DNA from: Monocercomonoides exilis PA203
Lineage: Eukaryota; Protista; Preaxostyla
Assembly: GCA_001643675.2 (NCBI GenBank)
Contig: LSRY02000039.1
Location: 434,001-498,000, forward strand
Length of the DNA: 64,000 nucleotides
Reading direction: 5' to 3'
A program made the translations under genes and the position numbers. Of this stretch, positions 12,879 to 25,150 are shown in pieces; position 1 is the first letter of the stretch; each line of letters starts with the position of its first letter. The notes beneath the pieces were generated by a model, which saw only the letters and a program-made list of their open reading frames with translations, was not told the origin of the DNA and made no database searches.

Positions 12879-14382
12879 CTATTCTTTGAAATGAAATAAA
12901 AAAAAATTAAAAGAAAATAGAACACATAATTCTATTTTTTCATACCAACAAGCATACACAAGATAATCAGAAACATTTAATGATAACTCACTACAAAATT
13001 TTTCGGAAAGAAAAAAGAGTAATTCATATTGACTTGTAATAACATCTTCATATCCTTCTTCTTCCATCTTTTTCGATCTTTTCCTTTTCGACATCTTTCT
13101 TTTCGATTCTTTAATTTTATCTTTCTCCTTCACTTTCAATCTTCTTGAAAACTCAATAAAAAATCTCAAGCTTTCACCAACCATTTCGTCATTCAATGTT
13201 GGTTGCTGAATCTCCTCCAAAACAATATCAAGTGCTCCCTCTTTCAACAGGTCATCAATGTTTATTGCTCTGTTATACGCTGCTTCCATCAATGAATAAA
13301 TACATTTTCTGCTTATTTCTCTGAAATTATCCCTTGCTGTTCGAAATGCACTCACAATGCTGCTGATAAGTCCCGAATATTCTTCATTCCACAATGTGCG
13401 TCCACAAAAGAAAAATGTCAATGTTTCGATCCATCTCATAAAAATGTTTTCTTCTTCCCTTCCTTTTCCTTTTCCTCTTTCTTTTTCCTCTTCTTTCCTT
13501 TTCCAATCCACATATTTTGACAGATCTTCCAGCTCTCTTCTTGCTTCTCTGATAAAATGCATCTCATTCACAACTGCATCTTCCAAACTTTTGTCTGCAA
13601 ATAATCTTCCAATCAAAAACTGCCAAGCTGATTGATAACCAAGTCGTGTCAGATTGTGATGTTTCTGGTGATATTTGATTATTTCTTTCGTATCATTCAA
13701 AAACAAATCTTTTTTGATTTCCTGTTTGACAATAAATGAAGAAAAATCTATAACATCAAAAGGAAATGAAAATGGAAATGTTCATACAACATATTGACTG
13801 ATGCAACTCAATGGCAGCAAAGCCATTTCCACCTCTTTTTCAACCTCCTCGTTTTCTTCTTTCTTCGATGCAGCTTTCAGAAGGCAAGGCATGATGATTG
13901 AAAGAAATTTTGAAGAAAATCCGTTTGCAAGCAAAAGAAAACATTCGCAAAGATCTTTCAGAAGCTTCTCGTTCTTTCCATCTCCTTTTTCATATTCGTC
14001 AAATATTATCTTGTCAAATCTTTCGCACAATAAAGTTTCTTCAAAGATATTAACCCACATGCGTTTCAACGATTTCCAATATCCTACATGTTTCATCAAC
14101 AAAATTGCATTCTCAATTGACAATTTCTCTTCTTCAATCATTTTATCTATTTTATCGAGTAATTCTTTTGTGAAAACGAATTTAAATTCAGTGTAATTCA
14201 TTCCATCAATTATTTCCCTCATATCTTCTATTTTCAGTCTTTGACATTCCGCATTGCAATTTTCAAGCTCAGAAAACAATTCTTTAATGAAAAAAAATAA
14301 AGAAAAAATTACGATCACCAAGAATTCAAATGAAACTGCATTGAAAACCTCTTAACTTTTTTGCTTTGTTCGATTCCTGCAT
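12879..14382 (-). CDS. Lineage-specific multicopy helical protein ('LFSELE...EEEGYED' family), apparently intact, ~456 aa. Exons 14382-14349, 14281-13788, 13721-12879
   Basis: Two GT-AG introns join ORFs 13782-14321 and 12879-13706 in frame. Motifs LFSELE, PCLLKAA..KEE.EE..KEVEMALL, EIIKYHQ.H.NLTRL.Y.SAWQFL and MEEEGYED recur in two paralogues in this window. Function unknown. Confidence 0.75.
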
Positions 14383-16079
14383 TTTTGAAACAAATTACAG
14401 CCAGAAAACACAATAGTTTATTCATTCATATTTAATCCGCACATGCTTAGAAAGAAGAAGTTTATGAAAAACAAAACCTCAAAACAGCTCTTAAAAATGT
14501 GTGTGCATACTGCAATTTTTAGCATTTAAGTATTTTTTCAAAAGATAATGGAGAGAAACAACGCTTTTTCTATTTTTCTTTATTTATTATGGATTTAACG
14601 ATCGAACAATTTTCTTTGAACTGATATCCATTGGCAAAAGGGGAGATTGGTGAGTTAAACTGGTTTTCAAAATAAGGAATATTATTTCTTCTATTGGAAT
14701 GGAAGGCAGAAAAAATCATTTCTAAAGAAGGATTTCTGCTGAATAAATTTTGGAAATTGGCTGAACCAGGAAGTTCAACAATTTTATATTTTGATGAAAA
14801 TATCAGCATGCATATAATTTTTATTGTTCTGTTGATTGCGAAGATATTATCATCTATATCCTTTCCAAAGCCCAGGAATCCGAATTATTGTTGAAATGGC
14901 CAATCTCAGTTTTGGAGAGCAATACGATGAGAACGGAGCAGATTATTATATAGCCATTGGGAAACAAATGAAGTTGCGCAAGACACATGATTTTCATACT
15001 TTTTATTTGGTGCAAGAGATGAAAACAAACTCAAATAATGTTTTGTTGGATGAAGACAAAAGAGGATGGAATTCTTTGAAAAAGCAGGAACACTCAAAAT
15101 TATATATAATTTTGGAGCATGAGGAAGAGGAGTAGTTTTTTGTATTTTTGGGCAAGGAAAGTGGTTGGCTGTGTGGAAAGCGAGATATTTATTGCAAAAT
15201 GATGCAAAGAAATGAATGCAAAGGGATGAGATTGGAGCTCGGCACAAGTATTGAGCTGACCATCATCTGTTTTTGCAGTCATAAAGGTGTGCCCATGTGT
15301 TGTGGAGTGTTTTTTCAACGAAGCATGGTTTTTGGTGGCAATGCTGTTGAAACAGATGAAATGAAGATCAGCAGCTTCTGTTTCAGGCCATGCTTTTGAA
15401 AGAATAACAAAACTTGAGAGGATTGCTTCAATCACACTCCATCTTATGCCTTTGAAGGATTTGCGAAACAAGCAGACAGAAATCTAACTGTCTCTGTATA
15501 ACAACCTGCATTTGATGATGTTGAAACGACATGATGAATGCGTTGAAAACACAGAATCATAATCATCCTCTTCTTCTTTTTCTTCTTCTGGTTGCTGTGT
15601 GGAGTCGTATTCAGATGCAGTTGGCTTGGCAAGAGAATGCATCAGGTGGATTCACTCTTCATACAGCTCTCATTTCTTCCCTAACAAAAAAGGAGAAAAG
15701 AAATCAACAGAAAAAAAAACAGATTTTCTGAAGTGTTTCCGAAAAAGAGACCAAATAAAATCAGTTGCGCACTCAGAAATAAGGAAAGATTAAGTAATAA
15801 GCCAAGAACGTAGCATTTCTTTCTTTGAAGATAATATTTATTCACATTTCTGAATTTACCATTTCATTGACATAAGTTCGCACAAAATTCAAGTACAGAT
15901 AAATCATTCTCACATAATAGATGAATAAAATTTATATTCGATCATTTTTATCGTTCAATTTAATTCGAAATAATACATCTTATGGGTTTGATTAACAAAA
16001 ACCATTTTTAAAAAAAGAAATACGTTTGTTATTTTTGAAACAAAAATCAAGCACCACTTGATTGAAGTTAGCATTTTTT

Positions 16080-17348
16080 ATGTCAGAAGAGATTCCAAAA
16101 AATTTTCGTTGTTTTACTGATGGATCGTATGGAGATTTTTACAAAAACATGTTTGAAAGCCCTGATCAAACAAGCTTCGATGAACTGGATGAACATATTT
16201 TTGATGAATTCGAGCCGCATTTGTATCTAGATGAAGTTAATGAATTCACTAAACCATCAAAACGTCCTTCATTTATGATTGAAGATATTGAAATGAAAGA
16301 AAGTGAAAACATATTTGATTCGTTTTATTCCCAGGGGATCCAAGAACACTATGAAAGTGAAATTGAACCAATGAGCACATATGATTTTCCTGAAAATGAG
16401 CCAAAAGACTCAACTTTTACAGATGGATTTGGTTGCGTTGAAAATCCTCTTCCCCCTGATGATTTATCAACTTGGTCGAGTTCATCTTACCACTCACCTT
16501 GCTACGAAAAAGAGTCTCCTAAGCAACTTGAAGTTGTTATACAAGATAGTTTTACAAATCCGAAAGAAATAATTACACCTATTGAGCTTCCTGAATTAAA
16601 CAGAAGAGAAGAGACAAAAAAGCAAGTCATATTTGTTAAACCGACTATTTCTTTAGCAAAGCTTCACTTGTCTGAAAGATACACAAAAATGGATATTCGA
16701 TCAATTACGTTTTATAATAAACAAGAAAAAGTATCACATTCTTTTTATTTAGGCAGAGCAAAATTGGTTTTACGTGGACCAGCCCAACAGTTCTGGTTGA
16801 GATTTAAAACTACAGGGGAAATCTTGGATATATCTCCAGTTGGAAAATTATTAAAAATTCAACCAAATGATGTCATTCCGGAAGAGTCTAATTTTTATGC
16901 CAATTCAGCAAATGTGAAGCCAATCGTGGAAACGAAAGTCCCTGAAAGCTGTATAAAAACATGTACATTGGATGCAAGAAAACACGAGAACATTTATTTT
17001 AGGATTGTTGGATTTCATAAATCAATCTTATCTAATGAAAAAACGAAAAAAGGATATTTGGAACATCCTCAAAAGCGTTATCCTATTCTATTATGGATTG
17101 AATCACCGGGACAGATGGAATTTACTTCTAACATTATTCGCGAAAAGGGAGGCTTGAAATCAAGTGGTGCTGAGTCAAGTTTTAGTATTAGCGATACTTT
17201 TGCTATAAATGATGCTGCCTCTCAACCGAACATGATATTGCTTGTGATCGAAACTTCGATTGGAAGGTTTCAAAGTGCAATGAAGCAGTTTCTGGCCTGT
17301 GGAGACCGTTCTCTACAAGAAAAATGTTATGAAGTGATTGAATGTTAA
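16080..17348 (+). CDS. Hypothetical protein (~422 aa), acidic N-terminal half, no recognisable domain
   Basis: Single long ORF with normal amino-acid complexity; first ATG at 16080. Confidence 0.7.
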   Translation: MSEEIPKNFRCFTDGSYGDFYKNMFESPDQTSFDELDEHIFDEFEPHLYLDEVNEFTKPSKRPSFMIEDIEMKESENIFDSFYSQGIQEHYESEIEPMSTYDFPENEPKDSTFTDGFGCVENPLPPDDLSTWSSSSYHSPCYEKESPKQLEVVIQDSFTNPKEIITPIELPELNRREETKKQVIFVKPTISLAKLHLSERYTKMDIRSITFYNKQEKVSHSFYLGRAKLVLRGPAQQFWLRFKTTGEILDISPVGKLLKIQPNDVIPEESNFYANSANVKPIVETKVPESCIKTCTLDARKHENIYFRIVGFHKSILSNEKTKKGYLEHPQKRYPILLWIESPGQMEFTSNIIREKGGLKSSGAESSFSISDTFAINDAASQPNMILLVIETSIGRFQSAMKQFLACGDRSLQEKCYEVIEC

Positions 17349-17871
17349 GTTACTTCAAATGTGAAACATTTTAACATTTAATTTGGACGAAAAAGAAAGA
17401 AAGAAGATTATGAATGAATAAGTTTTTGAGAAAGAAATCTTTAAAGTGATTTTTATCCTTTTATCTATTTATGAACTTTATGGCTCTTTCATTGTTCATG
17501 CGCCATTGTCTTTTCCTTGTTGCTTTTACTCTCCCCTTCTTTTAAATATTTTCTTTTGTCTTTGTGATTTCAACTTATTCTCAAAATCCTTTTTTCTTTA
17601 TATCTTTTTCATAATTACCTTTTCATTTATATTATTGTTGATTCATAAATATGTTTTATGAATGTTAACGAAGAACCTGAATTGTGTGCACTCATGGTAA
17701 GAACATATTCCCTTGCACAACTATATTGTTGCTGCACTGCTGAGTGTTTTTATTATAGTTCACGCGATAGCTATCGGAAATATTCGTTTTATTATATAAC
17801 GAATATTCTACCCTATTACTCTATTAGTCGCTTCACTTTTATGCTAATTCTTTTTTGAAATAACAATAATA

Positions 17872-17915
17872 GGGTAGTTTTTTATCCTTCATTTTTTTTA
17901 TCCGGACATTTTTTC
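17872..17915 (+). mobile_element. Solo left terminus of a TA-targeting element (TA|GGGTAGTTTTTTATCC...TATCCGGA)
   Basis: Similar to the reverse complement of the terminus at 63347-63366 and to the palindrome at 22595-22627; no partner end found nearby. Confidence 0.5.
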
Positions 17916-18889
17916 ATTGGCGTTTCTCACTAAATAAAAACTGAAAATGGAAAAATCATATTGAACCAGATTTGTATTCCAATTTAATGTTCATACAATA
18001 ATATTTTTTGTTTCAATTTTTGTTTTTCATGAAGATCATGAGAATTTTTAATTTATTTTTGATCATTTGTTTTGTCCATTTTGGACTATCTTTCTTTTTT
18101 TGTTTATTTTTAACTATAAGCCCATGAAACACGCACGATGAAGTTTTATTATTGCAAATATTATTAATTTTTAACTATTTTTTCGATTGTTTTTCGCATT
18201 TCATCGTTTTTGACAAAAAATGCCAACAAATGAATATTTCCTTTTATAAAAGAATGCTGAATTGGATTTTTTACAGATTGCATCAACAAAGAAGTCACTT
18301 TTCTTGAAGCTGTTTGAACATGCTGCTTTTAAATTGTTTTTTGAAGTTTGACGTCTTTCATTTTCCAATCTGATGAAACTTTGCAATGATTACTTAAGAA
18401 ATCAATTAATAAGACCTTATTCTCTTCAATTTTTGTATGTCTTGTGCAAAAACCTTCCTGATGTAGTTATCCAAGCACATTTTGAAGATGTATGTCAAAA
18501 TATGAAAAATATTTTCCGTTGTTTTTATCAATAAAAATATTTGATTTTTAGGATCTTCTTTTTGAAACCATTTGGCAAATTGCTGTTGAAGATGAATGCT
18601 ATGCATCCCGCGTGTTTTCGATAGCTGTGATTTCGCTCCTTTGCGCATATGGATCGTTTCGTCAACAAATTCTTGATCTTGGCTTTTCATCGATTTTATT
18701 GACTCGTTTAACATCTTTAATCAGTATGCGCTATTTTTTCGTTTATTTGATGAATCTTTTTATCCCATGATATGTGAAAAGTTTATTTTTCCCTGCAAAC
18801 ATCAAAAAGTGTGGATGAACATTCGTTTTCTACCTCATCCATCACAACTCAAAAGTCGAACACCTCTTCTTTTTCAACTTTGCTTCTTT

Positions 18890-19435
18890 CATCAAAGCAA
18901 ACAGCTCCGTCCACACAACTGCTGTATTACCACTGCTTCATTCATCGCTCTCCTCTTCTGTATCATCAACCAAGTCTGCAGCGTCTCAGCCTCTTCTTCC
19001 TCCGCTTCCGAGTGAAAGAGAGCTGGAGTCGCTGGAGTTTCTCTGCTGCACAGTGGGCTTGCGGGCGCTTTGCTCTTCAGCTGCGTCGATCTCGTCGCTG
19101 TGGAAGTTGGGCTCAGTCGCTGCGAGGCTGAGCAGAAGCGTGGCAACTGTGTCGTGGACGCGAGTTTCCTTTGTCAAGCTGATGAGTGACAAGAGAAAAG
19201 ACATGCAGACATCGAAAGGATCTATGAAAGCATTCAGCAACACAGCTGATAAGCTATTGGCATCAGAAAATGCTAATTTATCGTCTTCTGCTGAGCGTGA
19301 AAAGCAGATTCTGAATGAAGAAGCACAACATTCGCTATCATCACTAACACCAACATCATTGCCCAATATTGCCATCGGAAATAATAATACTATTATTGTT
19401 GGAACTATTTCATTCTCCGTTCTCTCATTTTGCAA
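18890..19435 (-). pseudogene. Isolated GC-richer gene fragment of unknown family
   Basis: Coding-like composition island with short overlapping ORFs on both strands and no clear start; strand uncertain. Confidence 0.3.
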
Positions 19436-19699
19436 ACGGATGCTCCAGTTAAAAGATAATTATTCGTTCATCGAATTTATTACAACAAATCAGAAAAGAT
19501 AAAACTTAAAGCATTTTAAATTTCATTTATAACTTTCCAAAAATGCAAGTGCAAAAAGCTGCAGTGCGAAAACACAAATTTCATTGGCCGTTTTGAGGTT
19601 TTGTTTTTTGTCTTTTTCTTTCTTAACACTTACGAATTCAGTGTGTATGATAAAAATATGTTTGTTTTCTGAATATCGTGTATTTTCGAAAATTCAGGA

Positions 19700-21110
19700 G
19701 CTATCTTTCACCGAAAAATTCACAGGTGTGCAGTCGTTGATGTTTTTTAATTGATTGTTCAGTTTTTTATTCATTATTTTTTAAAGAATTGTTTTCTGAG
19801 CTGGAAGATTGCAGCGAGGAAGAGCTAAAACAGAAAATTGTTGAAATGAATGAAATGATGGAGTTAATGGACAAAGAAGAATTCAAATCTGTTTTCACAA
19901 TCGAACTGTTCGACAAAATGCACAAAATGATTGAAGAAGAGAAAATATCATTGGAAAATTCAATTGTGCTGCTGAAATGTGTGGGATAACACAGTGATAT
20001 TAAAAATGTGTGGGTTTATAGCTTTTGCAAATTTTGGTTGTGCCACGATTTAGAGAAGCTGATGATTGATGAAAATGAGAAAAAAGATGAAAAGAATGGA
20101 AAACTCTTGATTAATCTTTGCGAATATCATCTTTTGCTTGCAAGCGAATTTTCTTCGGAATTGGATTCAATTTGCGTGCCCTGCCTTCTGAAAGCTGCTT
20201 TGAACAAAGAAGAAAAAGAAGAAACGCAAAAAGAAGTGGAAATGACTTTGCTGGCTTTGAAAAATCTCGGGATGTGGAAGGTATGAATATTTCTATTTCA
20301 ATTTTTATATCCTTGAAATGCTCCTCTCTGTTTTTGATCAGTGTGTGCTAGAAGAATGGCTTTTGAGCGAGATCAAAGAAATCATCAAATATCACCAGGA
20401 GCATCGCAACTTGACACGACTTGCTTATTATTCTGCTTGGCAGTTTTTGATTGGAAGATTATACAATGAAAGCAGCTTGGCGAGAGCGATAGTGAATGAG
20501 ATGCATTTTTCGATAGAGGGAGCAAGTGAGTTGGAAGAGCTTGCGAAATGCGTGGATTGGAAGAGAAACTTCGAGGGCAAAGGAAAGAGGAAAAAGATAA
20601 GAAAGAAGTGAATGCAATCTGGAGATGGTTGACTGAAATAGAGTATTTCTTATTCTGGAGCAAATTGATAAATGAAGAATTTGCAAGGCTTATTGGTAGC
20701 GTTGTGAGAATATTTCCAGCAGCAAAGGATTATCATAGATGTTTTAGCGAGCAATGCATTTGTTCATTGATGGAAGCAGCAAAGAATTTAAATGTGCAAA
20801 TTGAAGATTTGTAGAGAGGCGGAGCCGTTGATATATTTTTGAAGGAGATTCAGCAACCAACATTGAATGATCGAAAGGTTAAAAAATTCCAAGAATTTTT
20901 TGGCTATATTTCATATCGATTAAAAAAAAAGAGGATGTTGATGAAAAGGATAAAACGAAAATGAAAGAATTGAAAAGGCAATTATTCGAAAGGATGGAGG
21001 AAGAAGGATGCGAAGATTGGATCATCGGATTGAGTAATTACGTTGTTAAAGAAATATGTTATTTATGCTTTTTGATTTGAAATAATGAGGAATATCTTTT
21101 TGTATTGTTA
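19700..21110 (+). pseudogene. Pseudogene of the LFSELE family
   Basis: Colinear with 12879-14382 including the GTATGA intron at 20281; in-frame stops at 19987 and 20812 and frameshifts near 20580 and 20930. Confidence 0.85.
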
Positions 21111-21775
21111 AATTTTTTTTGAATTCTCTTCATTTGAATATGGGAACAACATTTGATCGTTTTTTTCTTTTTTACGAAAAAAATGGAGAAAAAGTGCTTT
21201 TCTATTTCTAAGAGAAAAATTCATTTGTTTTTTGTATTTTCTCAAAAAAGTTGTGAATGTCAAATAATTGAGAAAAGTGAAATGTAATTACCTCTTTTTT
21301 TTCCTTCAACTTGTTTCTCATTGAATTCTTTGACGGACTTCCTTCTTTCAAAGGAGATAATTTTGCTATTTATTTCTTCTTCTTTTATATCTCAATTCAG
21401 AACAGTTCATTTCTTTCTCTGCTATTTTTTTTTCCTGATGGATCAATCAGAAAGACAGAATTAACAAAAAGGAATTGATAAGAAATTATGAAGAGTTAAA
21501 TCTGAAGAAAAGAAACGTTAATTTGACATGATGCGATTCGAATAAAATATCAAGGCAGTTTATTAGAAGATACATGAACGGAAGAAACACTATTTAGGAA
21601 ATCGAACGCATTTTCCAATTTCTTTCTTTTTTTTATGTTTGTTCAACTTCGAAGTTACGAAAAAATGTTTTTAACAAAATCACTATGTTAATTGTTGAAT
21701 TGTAAAAATGATTATAAATTGAAAAAATGAATTTTTTTGAGTTTCATAATGAAACTGTTATCATTTCCTAAGCAT

Positions 21776-23100
21776 TCACAAAATAGTTATAATATTGCAC
21801 GGAAATTCATCATATTTATATCGTCTTTGATAATAAGGAAGTGTTTTATAAAAACTTGTGATAACTTCCTCGTATCCATCTTCTTCTAACTTCACAAGCA
21901 CTTTCTTTTTCATTGCCTTTCTTTTCACTTCTTCCATTTCATCATTCGCCTCTTCTTTCAATCAACACGAAATCAAATTAAAAAATAACAAGCTTTCACA
22001 TGTCATTTTGCCATTCAATGTTTGCAGTTGAATTCCTTTCAAAGCAACATCAACAGCTCCGTCTTTCAACAAGAAATCAACTTTTATAGCTTTGTTATTT
22101 GCTGCTGTTTCCAATATTAAAATCCATTTTCCGTTTGTTTTTTCGAAGTTATCCCTTGATAATCGATAAACCTGAATAATGCTGTTAATAAGTCCAATGC
22201 ATTCTTCTTTCCACAGTTGACAATCGCAAAAATAAGAATCCAATACTTGTAGCCATCTCATCAAGGCATATTTTTCTTTCGTTTCTTTTTCTTTTTCCTC
22301 TTCTTTCCCTCTCTTCCAATCCACACTTTTTGTTAGCTCATCCAATTCACTTCTTGCTTCTCTCACGAAATGCAGTTCATTCACAATAACTTCTCCCAAA
22401 CTTTTGTCTGCAAATAATCTATTGATAAAAAACTACCAAGAAGATCGGGAAGCTTGTCGAGTCAAAGTGTGATGTTTTTGATGATGTTTAATAATTTCTT
22501 TGATTTCATTCAAATACTGTTCTTTTGCAACATCCTAATTAAAGAAAAGAAAGTTCAATAATCTTCAATAACAAAATTTAAAGAAAAGTTCATAGGGTGG
22601 TTTTTTTGTCCGGATAAAAAACCACCCTACGTCAAATTTCCCAATGAGACTCAAAGCCATTAAGCAATTTCCACTTCTTTTCGTGCATTTTCATTACGAT
22701 CCTTTTTGAAGTGAATTTCAGAAAAAATGGAAGACATATTGAAGCCACTTCTTTTGATAGATTGTTCAAATAATCATTCAATATCAGTCTGCATTCGCAA
22801 AGGTCAATCATAAGATTCACATTCTCTTCTTCTTTCTTCTCATTTTCTTCTGTTATCATCTTTTCAATTGTATCGAAAAGTCTTGCAGCGAATTCAGAAC
22901 GAAGTTCTCGTTCATTAACTGCGTTAATAAATTCTCTCAGCTTTTCAATTTTCTGTCTCTGTTCAACCTCTTCGCAATGTTTCAGTTCAGAAAATATTTC
23001 TTTTTGAAACAACAAATATTATAGGTGTGAAATCAACAATGAAAATGATCAAACGAGAAAACTGCTGCTTTAGGGCCATTTCTCGAAAAAAATTAGATTT
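21776..23100 (-). pseudogene. Pseudogene of the LFSELE family
   Basis: IFSELK..., VNELHFVREARSELDEL.K.VDWKR and LEEDGYEE motifs; internal stop (W*F for WQF), frameshifts, a deletion, and a 33-bp insertion in the intron donor. Confidence 0.85.
22595..22627. mobile_element. 33-bp palindromic mini-element (fused TIRs) with TA duplication
   Basis: TA-GGGTGGTTTTTTTGTCCGGATAAAAAACCACCC-TA; removing it restores the paralogue-conserved GTATGA splice donor. Confidence 0.75.
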
Positions 23101-25150
23101 TCTTCTTCCAATCACCCTCATCCTGCAAATAATAAAACATGGTTAATTTTTTGGAAAAGTTTTGCAATTTTCAGAAGAATCAACAAACACAAACATTATG
23201 AATTTTGTTGTTAGAAGAAAAAAAAGAAACAGAGTCAATACAAATTGTTGCATACGCAAAAAGAAAAGTTCAAAAGCAAACGCTGCGAAATCACTGGTTT
23301 TTCTTTGTGCAATCAGAAAAAAACAATCTTTTGTTATGTTTGATTGAACGAACAATAATTTTAAACAAAGGAATAGAAAGTTGTTAGCGTACCCATAATG
23401 TTTCGTGAAATTTGTTTCTGCAGAACTTGAAATTGTGTTGATTCAAAAATGGAAATGGAAATAGAAAGAAGAGAAGAGAAAAACAAGCAACGCTCCTGTT
23501 GATTGAAAAGTGATTTCTCGATTTTCACTAAAGTGGTTCAGACTGACGGAAAGGGCAGATGATTTTCACAAACCTGAGGATCCTTGAGGCTCTTGAATGC
23601 AATATCCTTTTAATATTTTGACTGAACTTTCATGAGGTTCATGCGGTTAACAAACAAATCATTTTCATTCAGATCCAAACTGATGTGGTGCGATTCATAA
23701 TGAAATACTTTACAAAGTTACTCAGTTATCTTTCCATTCGAATGAAGAGAATGAAGAAAGGTGTTTTGATTTGTTAACCAAGGATTCTTTTGAAATGTTA
23801 TCATCTTCATGTGAAAATCTGAAGGCACATTTTCATCATTTTTCGAAGACATCGGTTGAAGGCAACAACACAGAAGAACGACTGGATATTTATTTGGAAT
23901 ATCTCATCAACCATTTATTTTTCTGTTTCAACACAATCATTTCTTGAAATGAATGCTTTTTTCCGAATCTGCCATTCAACTTAACAAATAATATGTGAAT
24001 ATCTTCATCATCCAATCAGCCTTTTGATCCTTGCTTGTTTACGACTAACGACAAAATGATGTCTTTGTTTGTCTTCTTTTGTCATTCTCTCACGCAAAAT
24101 GAATAATCATTCACTTTTTGTTTCAGGAAGAAAAGAAATATGCTATTGAGGATGAACAAAATTGATTTTTCAATTCAATTATTCATCCGATGCAAATGCA
24201 GAAAGAAAAAGAAACTCCTTTTCCTGTGAAGAATGTGGTGCATAGATGCAGACGCTTTGGAGCAAACTGAATTGGAGGAGAAAAATGAGGTGATTTGGGC
24301 AATCTTGTGTCTTTTCGTTTAACAACTGGATTTTCTCATTTATTGAGCAATCCTGCAACAACCGTCCATCATTTTGTTGTTCATCAGGTTAAAGATGGGA
24401 CAAACACACTCTCTCTTGACCGTCTCTACCAAGAAAAGCCATGTCATTCACTCCTTCGTTTTCTTGCAATTTGTTGAACGCATCATATTTGACATCTTTG
24501 GCTTCATCTTCTTCTCCTTCTTTGTTTTCTGCATAAATATTCAATTGATAATAAGAAATGTGGCTTCTTCTCATTTTGAAGAATTGGAGAATTGTTGGAA
24601 AAGGCAGAAAAGGAGGGGATTTTTGAGTGGGATGAAGAAGGATGAGAAAGAGGAGAGAGAAAGATGAATTTTTTTGAATTTCAAATTCAAAAATATAAAA
24701 AGGATGATAGAGATGACTAACTTAAAAAAGGAAATGAATGGAGATATTTGGAAGAATGTGAAGAAAATGCATGCAAAGTGTGTTGGTTTGTGAATTAAGC
24801 ATAATCAAATGTTTCCACTTTCTCATTCACTTTCTTTTGTGAATTCTTTCCACTTATCAGTCTTTTCATTGACATTCTTTGAAATGCTTGCGTTGCATGC
24901 GAAATCTTTACCCGCACATTTCGAAATAAAATGAATTCTATTCATTCTCCCATTTTGTTCTTGTGAAAACACTTTGGATGCATAAACGTTTATTATTTCT
25001 TCTTTGGATAACAATTCATTTTCTTGGTGATTTTTGAAAGAAAATGAAGATTCAATGCGTTTTCTTTCTTTATATTTTTATTCGACAAACCCCAATCAAG
25101 AATGAATTCCAGATGTGAAATGGACATCTGATTGAGTTTTTTAATATGTA

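Noticed and set aside
14690-15790. Possible decayed coding segments here and at ~11830-12330, ~18200-18750 and ~23550-24670
   Set aside because: Fragmented frames with no recognisable motifs; a family cannot be assigned without a homology search.
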